Positions 54,862 to 63,458 of a DNA stretch of 64,000 nt are shown here, piece by piece. This DNA comes from Candidatus Harrisonbacteria bacterium (GTDB lineage Bacteria > Patescibacteriota > Minisyncoccia > UBA6257 > 02-FULL-45-10c). The position numbers and the translations under genes were made by a program. The notes beneath the pieces were generated by a model. The model saw nothing but the letters and a program-made list of their open reading frames with translations, was not told where the DNA came from and made no database searches. Position 1 is the first letter of the stretch. The number at the start of each line of letters is the position of its first letter. Location of the stretch: positions 97,710 to 161,709 of the forward strand of contig JACPTS010000001.1 of assembly GCA_016192685.1 (NCBI GenBank), given 5' to 3'.

Positions 54862-55646
54862 TGCTGTACCCTCTTACGGAGCATGGTAATGCGAGTCGCA
54901 TCTTCTTCCGCCGCGTGAGTATGCAAACGGGATTTATTTTCCAGCCACAAAAGCTCCAGCTGATGCGCGCTCCTAACTGCCTCATCAAAAGATTCCAATC
55001 CCCGCTTAGCGTCAAATACCACCTTTCTGGTTTCAAAACGATCCAGTAAATTATTGGCAACCAAATTTTCAATCAGCGGGCGGCTGCCAGATTCAATGCT
55101 TCCGCCAAGCATTGTGCCAAACCCATGTTCTCGCGCCCCCCTGAAAATAGCAGTTACCCTTTCCGACATTAATGGAGAATCAATATCTTTACGAGTAAGT
55201 CCAAAAGATCCCGTAAGATCCACGCGGCCAATGGTGATGTGCTTAAGTCCATAAGCCGACGCAAGTTTCAGCATGGCATTTAAATCTTCATAAGCTTTCG
55301 CGGTTTCAATCATAAATATAATTGCGGTATCTTCCCGCTCATCTTCCGGCAAATGCTTATTAACCGCATCAATAAATTTACTAAGCGCGTAAACGCTTTC
55401 AATCATCGGGGCGACAATGCCGGAAACGCCAATCCGGCGCGCTTGCAAAATTCCCCAGACATCTTCCGGACCGCCAATTTTAAGAGTAAGATGCACGCCG
55501 GAACGCGATACAATATCTTTCAAACGCAATAATTCTTCAAAACGGGTGCCTTCCGATTCAAATTCCGCTTTCAAACCAACTACTCCATATTCATCGCGCA
55601 TTCTCGTAAGCAAAGCTACGATTTCTTTTTCTTTTATGTTCATCAT
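54858..55646 (-). CDS. HpcH/HpaI aldolase / citrate lyase beta family protein
   Basis: KAEFE.EG, KIGG, IVAPMIES, MIET, IGRVDL. Confidence 0.78.
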   Translation of the reverse strand: MMNIKEKEIVALLTRMRDEYGVVGLKAEFESEGTRFEELLRLKDIVSRSGVHLTLKIGGPEDVWGILQARRIGVSGIVAPMIESVYALSKFIDAVNKHLPEDEREDTAIIFMIETAKAYEDLNAMLKLASAYGLKHITIGRVDLTGSFGLTRKDIDSPLMSERVTAIFRGAREHGFGTMLGGSIESGSRPLIENLVANNLLDRFETRKVVFDAKRGLESFDEAVRSAHQLELLWLENKSRLHTHAAEEDATRITMLRKRVQQ

Positions 55647-55735
55647 ATCTCCTTTTATATTAGAACTATAAAAGATAACAAAATTTCCCGCATATCAGTC
55701 ACTGCGTCATAAACGAGCTACCTATCTGCCATGCG

Positions 55736-55757
55736 GCCTGCCTGCCGGCAGGCAGGC
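55736..55757. repeat. Perfect 22-nt GC-rich palindrome GCCTGCCTGCCGGCAGGCAGGC
   Basis: Read directly; sits inside a decayed copy of the 23.3-kb element. Confidence 0.9.
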
Positions 55758-55772
55758 AACTACGGAGAAAAA

Positions 55773-56573
55773 TCAACGCATTATCGCTCCGCCATCAACA
55801 AAAAGTATTTGCCCGGTAATGTTTTTCGCCTCGTCAGAGCCGAGAAAAACCGCCGCCATCCCGATGTCTTCCGGAGTTTGCTCTCGCTGAAGCGGCACTA
55901 ATTCTTTCATGCGCTTTTCAAAAATGGCGCGCGGTTCCATATTTTGATATTTCTCCGGAAATAATTCTTTTAAATTTTCGGCAATATGTTCCCAAAGCGG
56001 CGTCCAAACCAATCCCGGCGCGATGGCATTCACCGTAACGCCATACGGAGCGAATTCGTGGGCAAGAATTTGGGTAAAAGTGGCGACTCCCATCTTGGCC
56101 ACGCTATACGGCGGTTTCATGCGGCCGGGCATGAATGCCGCGATAGATGAAAGATTAATAATTCTTCCGGATTTGCGTTCCTGAAAATGCGGCGCGATTG
56201 CTTTAGCGGCATAAAAAACTGGTTTCATATTAAATTTCCACGCCTCATCCCAATCTTCTTCGGTATTCCGAGTGAACGGCAGTCCGGGCCGGCATTCTTT
56301 TCCGACATTATTAACTAAAATATCTATTCCGCCGAATTTTTCAATCACTTTCCTGAAAAAATCATTTATCTCTTTTTCTTGAGTAACATCTAATTTTACC
56401 GCCGACACCTTTGCCCCGGACTTGGATAATTCCGATGCCGCGTTTTCCGCTTGTTCTAAATTAATATCAGCAATAACCGCGATTGCTCCTTCTTTTGCCA
56501 TGCAAGAGACAATTCCCTTTCCAATGCCGCTGGCGCCGCCGGTCACAACTGCTACTTTATTTTTGAGTCTCAT
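55773..56573 (-). CDS. SDR family oxidoreductase, paralog A
   Basis: TGGASGIG, NNVG, YSVAK, NAIAPG, VDGG. Confidence 0.92.
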   Translation of the reverse strand: MRLKNKVAVVTGGASGIGKGIVSCMAKEGAIAVIADINLEQAENAASELSKSGAKVSAVKLDVTQEKEINDFFRKVIEKFGGIDILVNNVGKECRPGLPFTRNTEEDWDEAWKFNMKPVFYAAKAIAPHFQERKSGRIINLSSIAAFMPGRMKPPYSVAKMGVATFTQILAHEFAPYGVTVNAIAPGLVWTPLWEHIAENLKELFPEKYQNMEPRAIFEKRMKELVPLQREQTPEDIGMAAVFLGSDEAKNITGQILFVDGGAIMR

Positions 56574-56593
56574 AAATATTTTAATTATTAATT

Positions 56594-57397
56594 TTAACGC
56601 ATCACTGCGCCGCCGTCCACGAATAATATTTGTCCGGTGATATTTTTTGCTTCATCAGAGGCAAGAAAAACCGCCGCCATCCCGATGTCTTCCGGAGTTT
56701 GTTCTCTTTTTAAAGGAATCAAATCGCTTACATGCTTATTAAAAATCTGCCGCGGAGACATTTTTTTATATTTTTCCGGCCATCGCTCAACCAGCTGAGG
56801 CGCGAACCCTTCCCATAAAGGCGTCCAAACCAATCCCGGCGCGATGGCATTCACCGTAACGCCATACGGAGCGAATTCGTGGGCAAGAATTTGGGTAAAA
56901 GTCGCTATGCCGACCTTGGAAACGCTGTAATGGGGTTTAGTAAGTCCGGGCATAAATCCGGCAATAGAAGACATATTAATAATCCTACCTGATTTACGTT
57001 CCTGAAAATGCGGCGCGATTGCTTTAGCGGCATAAAAAACCGGCTTCACGTTAACATCCCAGACCAAATCCCAATCTTCTTCAGTATTATTAGTAAATGG
57101 CATTCCCAACTTTCCGGTAACACCAACGTTATTCACCAAAATATCAATTCCGCTAAAATCATCAATAACTCTCTTAATCGCTTTCCGCGTTTCTTGTTCT
57201 TTAGTAACGTCCACTTGTAATGCCAGTCCGCGAGTACCATAAGAATCCGCGCAAAATTTCATAACCTCTTCCGCTTGTTTTATATCACGGTCAGCAATAA
57301 TCGCGATTGCCCCCTCTTTTGCCATACAATTCACAATGCCTTTTCCAATGCCGTTGGCGCCGCCGGTTATAATTGCTACTTTATTTTTGAGTCTCAT
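56594..57397 (-). CDS. SDR family oxidoreductase, paralog B (start probably the ATG at 57397)
   Basis: TGGANGIG, NNVG, YSVSK, VDGG; same MRLKNKVA start as paralog A. Confidence 0.92.
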   Translation of the reverse strand: MRLKNKVAIITGGANGIGKGIVNCMAKEGAIAIIADRDIKQAEEVMKFCADSYGTRGLALQVDVTKEQETRKAIKRVIDDFSGIDILVNNVGVTGKLGMPFTNNTEEDWDLVWDVNVKPVFYAAKAIAPHFQERKSGRIINMSSIAGFMPGLTKPHYSVSKVGIATFTQILAHEFAPYGVTVNAIAPGLVWTPLWEGFAPQLVERWPEKYKKMSPRQIFNKHVSDLIPLKREQTPEDIGMAAVFLASDEAKNITGQILFVDGGAVMR

Positions 57398-57402
57398 TAT
57401 AA

Positions 57403-58155
57403 TTATTTTACTTGCTTTTCTTCGCAATGCGCGTTCATTAAGGCAAATTTCGGATTTTCATCTAAATATGTAAGCACCTCCAGAACGCTGATAATCTGCC
57501 CTCCGCCCTTATAAAATTTTTTATAGATCAATTCCATTAGCTCAAAATCTTCCGGAAAATCCACGGTCAGGCGATAATTCCGCGCGTATTTCGGCGGAGC
57601 AATAACTATCGGACCGATTTTAAATTCTCCTTTTTTATTGTCCATAATATAAGGATCTACATGCTCTTTGTCGTAAGCCGAAGTCGCTTCCCGAAACGCT
57701 TTCTCAATCGCCCGGAAAGAAAATATCTCGCAGTCAAGGCCGCGCGGAAAAGTTCTCTCGCCGGAAAATACATTACTGATGTAATCATAATTATCTTTTT
57801 TAAACGCCTCTAAACATAAATCAATAATTTTAGGGTCAATTAACGGGCAATCAGCAGTGATGCGAACAACAGTATCACCGGCAGTAGCGCCATATTTTTT
57901 TGCCGTTTCATAATAACGCTCCAGAACATTTTCCACCGATCCCCGAAAATATAAAAAATTATTTTCCCGGCAAAATTTTTCCGTTGCGTCATCTTCCGGC
58001 GCAATCGTGGTGGCTACTATAACTTTATCTATATAACGAGAACGCCTTACCCGGTTAACCACGTGCCAGAGCTGGGGCTTGCCCGCTAAATCTTTTAAGA
58101 TCTTTCCCGGCAGGCGGGTAGAACCCATCCGAGCCTGAATAATAGCTAAAATCAT
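57403..58155 (-). CDS. spsF: SpsF-like cytidylyltransferase-family protein
   Basis: IIQARMGSTRLPGK, RGS, VRITADCP, EHV, RLTVD.PED. Confidence 0.85.
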   Translation of the reverse strand: MILAIIQARMGSTRLPGKILKDLAGKPQLWHVVNRVRRSRYIDKVIVATTIAPEDDATEKFCRENNFLYFRGSVENVLERYYETAKKYGATAGDTVVRITADCPLIDPKIIDLCLEAFKKDNYDYISNVFSGERTFPRGLDCEIFSFRAIEKAFREATSAYDKEHVDPYIMDNKKGEFKIGPIVIAPPKYARNYRLTVDFPEDFELMELIYKKFYKGGGQIISVLEVLTYLDENPKFALMNAHCEEKQVK

Positions 58156-59294
58156 TAAAAAGTTTTAATTATTTCAATCAACTTTTTAACAATAAATTTC
58201 TGGTCTTTGGATTTTAAATCGGGAAAAATCGGCAAAGAAATCGCGGCTTCATAATACGCTTCAGCTTTTGGACACAGGCCTTTTTTAAATCCCAAAGATT
58301 GATAATAGGGATGCCAATAAACCGGCAGATAATGAACCTGGACTCCGATGCCCGCCTCTCTTAATTTTTTAAAAATGCCGGAACGTTTTTTCACCAACGC
58401 GCCTTTTAATCTGATTACATAAATATGCCAAGATGAAGAAAAATCTTTATTGTCTGACGGAAGTTCTAATTTATCAGAAAATTTCTTGAAAGCTTTGTTA
58501 TAAGCTGCGGCAATTTTTTTTCTTGCTTTTATAAATTTATCCAATCTTTTAAGCTGGGAAATTCCCAGCGCCGCCTGAATATCGGTAATCCGGTAGTTAT
58601 ATCCCAGTTCCTGCATCTCGTGATACCAATCTCCATGGGATTTCATTTTGAATTTCTCCGGGTCGCGGACAATTCCATGATGCCGGAAAACTTTCATTTT
58701 TTCATAATAATCTTTGTTATCGGTAAGCACCGCTCCTCCTTCCCCGGTAGTAATGGATTTTACCGGATGAAAACTAAATGCCGTCATGTCAGCCACAGAG
58801 CCGATTTTTTTTCCTTTATAACTTGCTCCTAACGCGTGACAGCCGTCTTCCACTAAAACTAAATTATGTTCACGCGCGATTTTTTTAAATTCTTCTAATT
58901 TCGCCGGCAAACCGGCAAAATCCACCACAGAAATAATTCTGGTTTTAGAATTTATTTTTTTTACCGCTTCCTTGGGATCCAGATTCAAATCTTCCGCAAT
59001 ATCGGCAAAAACCGGCTTAGCGCCTAAATAAAGACCGGGATTGGCAGTGGCGGCAAAAGTCAGTGGAGTAGTTATGAATTCGTCTCCAGATTTTAATCCG
59101 GCGGCGAAATAAGCGGCGTGAAGCGCGGCCGTGCCGCTGGAAAAAATCACGGCATATTTAGCGCCGCAATATTTGGCCAAAGCCTCCTCAAATTCGGCTA
59201 TTTTGGGACCTTGGCTTAACCAATCCGATTTCAAAACTTTCGTAACTGCTTCAATATCCGATTTATCAATTGACTGATGACCGTAAGGTATCAT
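58155..59294 (-). CDS. pseC: UDP-4-amino-4,6-dideoxy-N-acetyl-beta-L-altrosamine transaminase
   Basis: MIPYGHQ, EDGCHALG, FSFHPVK.ITTGEGG, EMQELGYNYRITD, VQVHY; directly after pseB. Confidence 0.88.
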   Translation of the reverse strand: MIPYGHQSIDKSDIEAVTKVLKSDWLSQGPKIAEFEEALAKYCGAKYAVIFSSGTAALHAAYFAAGLKSGDEFITTPLTFAATANPGLYLGAKPVFADIAEDLNLDPKEAVKKINSKTRIISVVDFAGLPAKLEEFKKIAREHNLVLVEDGCHALGASYKGKKIGSVADMTAFSFHPVKSITTGEGGAVLTDNKDYYEKMKVFRHHGIVRDPEKFKMKSHGDWYHEMQELGYNYRITDIQAALGISQLKRLDKFIKARKKIAAAYNKAFKKFSDKLELPSDNKDFSSSWHIYVIRLKGALVKKRSGIFKKLREAGIGVQVHYLPVYWHPYYQSLGFKKGLCPKAEAYYEAAISLPIFPDLKSKDQKFIVKKLIEIIKTF

Positions 59295-59306
59295 TTTAAA
59301 AAAATA

Positions 59307-60284
59307 TTATACAAAATTAGCAAGGTCTTCCTTAGTCAATTCCCTTGCTGCATTGCTGGCATAATTAAAATTTTCAGGAACATTAGGAAAATCTTTAAAA
59401 TGCGATTTATCCCACCAATCATGGCTCGGTTCAACTAGATAATATTTGCCAATGTCCCTCGCTCTCCGCGCCTCATCTTCGGTAAGAAGCATTTCATGCA
59501 ATTTTTCCCCGGGCCTAGCGCCGATAATTTTAACTTTGCAATTGGGGACCAAAACCGAAATTAAATTCTTAACTTTCATTGCCGATAATTTTGGCACAAC
59601 GATCTCTCCGCCCTTCATTAAGCGTAAAGTATCCAAAACAAGATCTACTCCTTGATCCAAAGTAATCCAAAATCTAGTCATATCTTCGTGAGTGAGAGTA
59701 ACTTCGCCATTTTTTTTCTGTTCTTGTAAAACTTCGGTGATACTTCCGCGGCTGCCGACTACGTTTCCGTAACGCACTGCGCTAAAAATCGGTTTTTTCT
59801 CTATTCCGCTGTAAGAATTGGCCGCGATTAAAAGCTTTTCCGCGCAAAGCTTAGTGGCGCCGTAAAGATTTATCGGATTTACCGCTTTATCAGTGGAAAC
59901 CAGCACAACTTTTTTCACCCCATTATCCAAAGCCGCGTCAATGACATTTTGCGTGCCCAAAACATTGGTTTTAACCGCTTCCAACGGATTAAACTCCAGC
60001 ATCGGAACCTGTTTAAGGGCGGCCGCGTGGACTACCACATCCACCCCCCGAAAAGCTCGCTGTAATCTGGCAAGGTCGCGGACGTCTCCTAAAAAAAATC
60101 TTAATTTATTTCCCGGATTGCCGAATTTCCTCTGCATGGCATGCTGTTTAAATTCATCGCGGCTAAAAACAATAACCCGCTTGCAATCGCCGTCTTTCAA
60201 AAGAAACTCAACAAATTTTTGGCCGAAAGAACCGGTACCGCCGGTAACAAGCACGGACTTATCTTTCAAAAAATTTATATCCAT
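59307..60284 (-). CDS. pseB: UDP-N-acetylglucosamine 4,6-dehydratase (inverting)
   Basis: TGGTGSFG, SRDEFKQ, HAAALKQVP, PINLYGATKL, RYGNVVGSRGS, MTRFWITL. Confidence 0.92.
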   Translation of the reverse strand: MDINFLKDKSVLVTGGTGSFGQKFVEFLLKDGDCKRVIVFSRDEFKQHAMQRKFGNPGNKLRFFLGDVRDLARLQRAFRGVDVVVHAAALKQVPMLEFNPLEAVKTNVLGTQNVIDAALDNGVKKVVLVSTDKAVNPINLYGATKLCAEKLLIAANSYSGIEKKPIFSAVRYGNVVGSRGSITEVLQEQKKNGEVTLTHEDMTRFWITLDQGVDLVLDTLRLMKGGEIVVPKLSAMKVKNLISVLVPNCKVKIIGARPGEKLHEMLLTEDEARRARDIGKYYLVEPSHDWWDKSHFKDFPNVPENFNYASNAARELTKEDLANFV

Positions 60285-60383
60285 AAATAATACACGATAT
60301 ATAACTAATCGGAGACTTATCTAGTAACAATCTAAATAAATATAACTTGTTCTTAATTTACTAACAATATAAGATATTCATAT

Positions 60384-61328
60384 ATGCAATGCGGCATTTG
60401 CAAAAAAAATTCCAATCCAATATTTAAAGAAAAAAGCGGGAATTATTCTCTATATGAATGCCCGCTCTGCGGCGGCCAATTTTGGAACCCGATGAAAAAT
60501 CCGGGGGCGGAGTGGTATGAAAAAGATATCCGGTATTCTTTCCGGAATAAAAATCCACTGAAAACTCCGGAGGTCAACCATCGGGAATTTCTGCGCGATT
60601 TGCCAGCGTCCAAAGGAAAACTTTTAGATATCGGAATGGGTACGGGTAATTTTCTGGCCGCGGCAGTAGCCAATGGCTATGACGGCTATGGAACTGATTT
60701 TGACAATGATGCCATTGAAACGGCCAAAGAATTTTTCGGCCTCCAAAATGTTTTCCCGCTGAATACCGAAGAGGCAATCAAAAAATTCGGTCCGGGATAT
60801 TTTGACGTCATTACGCTCTTTGAAGTTCTGGAACACCTGGAAGACCCCTCCGAATCCCTGGAAAAAATAAAGGTTCTTTTGAAAAAAGGCGGGTATCTGG
60901 CAATCAGTGTGCCTTACCGCGGATCTTCAAAATTATTTAAAGCCCACGACATACCGCCGCGCCATCTGACCAGATGGAGCGAAAAATCCATGGAAAACTT
61001 TTTAAACTCGCATCAATTTTCCGTAACGCGGATGAAAGTCATTCCGGTTCCCTTTTCTTATTTAATCACCAAATATCATTTTTGGTACGAGGGCATTTTC
61101 AGTTTCGGCGCGGTAGAAAAACTTACCTCGCCGAAAAAAACGCAAAAGGGAGAAACTATTGCCAATAATTTCAAAAAAAACTACAGGAAAATCAAGATGC
61201 TGCAATCGCTGGCGCGTCTGAAAGATTATCTGCTTTTTTCCATCCCCGCGGCAATTTTATACCTGCGCCTGCTATTGAATAAAAAGGCGGGACTTGACCT
61301 TTATGTTCTTGCGCAATTTAAAGATTAA
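60384..61328 (+). CDS. Class I SAM methyltransferase with N-terminal CxxC..CxxC; lone plus-strand gene in the cluster
   Basis: CGIC, CPLC, LLDIGMGTG, FEVLEH, PPRHL; TTGTTC-17-TAAGAT upstream. Confidence 0.85.
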   Translation: MQCGICKKNSNPIFKEKSGNYSLYECPLCGGQFWNPMKNPGAEWYEKDIRYSFRNKNPLKTPEVNHREFLRDLPASKGKLLDIGMGTGNFLAAAVANGYDGYGTDFDNDAIETAKEFFGLQNVFPLNTEEAIKKFGPGYFDVITLFEVLEHLEDPSESLEKIKVLLKKGGYLAISVPYRGSSKLFKAHDIPPRHLTRWSEKSMENFLNSHQFSVTRMKVIPVPFSYLITKYHFWYEGIFSFGAVEKLTSPKKTQKGETIANNFKKNYRKIKMLQSLARLKDYLLFSIPAAILYLRLLLNKKAGLDLYVLAQFKD

Positions 61329-62413
61329 ACTCTTCGGATAGTTTTCTGCCAAACTTTCATTCCTTCTAAATAAGATGAAATATAATTTTTCTGATGTTCA
61401 TCCAATTTTTTATCTTGCGACAAAAATTTTTCTAAGCCGAAAATAAGCTCTCCATAGCAATCCCCGTAATTTTTTCCCTTCATTTTTATTTTCTGAAGCC
61501 AATCGCAAAAAAGATCGCTCAAAATCATCCCGTCCCGCTCTTTATCAAAATCCTTAAAATAATTATGCGGGTTGCGGTCTTGATAAACCAACGGATTGCC
61601 AAAAGAAATGTAGTGCCCCAAATAATCGGCAATCGCCTTAATTACGTAAGCCGCCCAAATATCATCATACCTTCCGACCATCGGGCTTAAAAAATAAGCC
61701 GGAATAATTTCCCGCGCCAGCGCCGTATTTTGGGAATTAAAAGGCGACCAGGTGCCTTTTCCCAAAGCAAAATTTTCTTTTCGCTTATAACTCAGAACAT
61801 TAATCGGATTTGTTAATCTGGTGACCGCGTCAATATCCGGGTCCCCAAGCCAAAATCCGGCATTAACCACGATTTTTCCTTTTTTCTTTTTAACGGAAAG
61901 CTTTTCTTTCAGCCAGCGCTTCCCCATCGGAAAACCGCGATGATAAAAAGGCGCATTTTTTTCTTCTTTTAAAAAACCGCAGACATTCAGCCAGCCGGTG
62001 GAAGAACGGATAAAATCCATTTTTTGTTCCGTGCCCACAATGCTGTTCTGGCCGACAAAATCCCCGCTGGCAAAAAAATTGTCGTCATCAATAGTGATTA
62101 TCAATTCCGCGCCCTGTTCATAAGCAAATAAAATCCCTATATTCCTCCGCTGGATGGAATTAAATACCAGATGCTTTTCCAGCTCCGGATATTTTTTCAG
62201 ATAAACCGCCTGATCGGCGACATTAAAAAAATGGATTGGGACATCAGTTTTTCTACTAAGTTCTTTACAGAATATTTTTGCTTCCAAAGGAGTTTTTTTA
62301 TCTCCGACAACAATGCATTCTGTATCTTTATGCCCATGCTTTTTAAAATTATTGATATAATCTTTTAAAAGGACTGGAACATTTATCGTGGTTGTGACTA
62401 TCGCTGTTTTCAT
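61325..62413 (-). CDS. RGP (UDP-arabinopyranose mutase, GT75) / STELLO-like GT-A protein
   Basis: VGDKKTP, RRNIG, TIDDDN, RGFP, W.GDPD.DA, NSQNT, GRYDDIW. Confidence 0.75.
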   Translation of the reverse strand: MKTAIVTTTINVPVLLKDYINNFKKHGHKDTECIVVGDKKTPLEAKIFCKELSRKTDVPIHFFNVADQAVYLKKYPELEKHLVFNSIQRRNIGILFAYEQGAELIITIDDDNFFASGDFVGQNSIVGTEQKMDFIRSSTGWLNVCGFLKEEKNAPFYHRGFPMGKRWLKEKLSVKKKKGKIVVNAGFWLGDPDIDAVTRLTNPINVLSYKRKENFALGKGTWSPFNSQNTALAREIIPAYFLSPMVGRYDDIWAAYVIKAIADYLGHYISFGNPLVYQDRNPHNYFKDFDKERDGMILSDLFCDWLQKIKMKGKNYGDCYGELIFGLEKFLSQDKKLDEHQKNYISSYLEGMKVWQKTIRRV

Positions 62414-62429
62414 CTCGTTAGAAAAATAA

Positions 62430-63458
62430 TCAAATTCTTTTTTTAGCCATTTCTAAAACTCGACTCATGCCCTCTTCCAAACTGACTTTCGGTTTCCATC
62501 CCAAACTATAAATTTTCTTGGGATCGGCATATCTGGATTGGACGCCGACCGGTTTATCTAAAAGCTGTTTTATAGTTGGATTATAACCTTCTATTTTTGC
62601 CAATATTTTTATAATTTCATTAAAACTTCTCAATTCGCCGGTGCCGATATTCACCCCGCTGCCATCGGAAATTTTATCCAAGACAACAAACATCGCCTCA
62701 ACGCAATCGTCTATATAAACAAAATCTCTGCCCTGCTCGCCGGTTCCCCAAACCGTTATAGGATTTTCTCTTTTAGCAATGCGCGCGGCAATGGCCGGGA
62801 CCGGATAAGTCAAATCCTGGTCTTCGCCGTAACCGGAAAATGGCCGGACGCAGGCCACGTGTAGGCCGTAATGTTTTGCCGCCAAAGTGCTTAAATATTC
62901 TCCCGATAACTTGCTCCAGCCATAAGTCATATCCGGCTGGCCAAGATTCCCGCCAAAAGAAATCACTTCTTCCGGCAAAGCAATATGCTTTTCTTTAGAT
63001 TGCAGATTAACCGGATAGGCGGCGCTGGAACTCGCGTACATAATTCTGGAAATTTTATCTTTATTCCGCGTTGCCCAGACAAAAAATAATGAATCAATCG
63101 CGAAGTCAGTCGCCACCAGCACGGGATCGCCATCAATTAATAATCTGCCGCCGACAATAGATGCCAAATGAAAAACATCGGAAAATTCCGGTAACTTTAT
63201 TTGAGAGCGGCTTTTTAATTGATCTAAGAAAAAATCCAACGCGTCTTTTTCTATAAATACCAGTTCTTGGCCGCCTTTTTTATAAACCGAATATTCCGGC
63301 TCCATTGTTTTTTCAAATTCCAAAAGCCATTTATCCGGATGCCAGCCGGTAAATAGGTTATCCACCACCCAAACCGACTCGCCGCGATTTAAAAGATATT
63401 TAATTAAATGTCGGCCGACAAATCCGCAACCACCGGTAACTAAAACTGGATTTTTCAT
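62430..63458 (-). CDS. NAD-dependent nucleotide-sugar epimerase/dehydratase
   Basis: TGGCGFVG, VDNL, YASSS, YGWSK, RDFVYIDD. Confidence 0.9.
   Translation of the reverse strand: MKNPVLVTGGCGFVGRHLIKYLLNRGESVWVVDNLFTGWHPDKWLLEFEKTMEPEYSVYKKGGQELVFIEKDALDFFLDQLKSRSQIKLPEFSDVFHLASIVGGRLLIDGDPVLVATDFAIDSLFFVWATRNKDKISRIMYASSSAAYPVNLQSKEKHIALPEEVISFGGNLGQPDMTYGWSKLSGEYLSTLAAKHYGLHVACVRPFSGYGEDQDLTYPVPAIAARIAKRENPITVWGTGEQGRDFVYIDDCVEAMFVVLDKISDGSGVNIGTGELRSFNEIIKILAKIEGYNPTIKQLLDKPVGVQSRYADPKKIYSLGWKPKVSLEEGMSRVLEMAKKRI

Noticed and set aside
55999-56902. SDR identical blocks as DGR repeats
   Set aside because: Both copies lie in intact paralogous genes and no reverse transcriptase is present.
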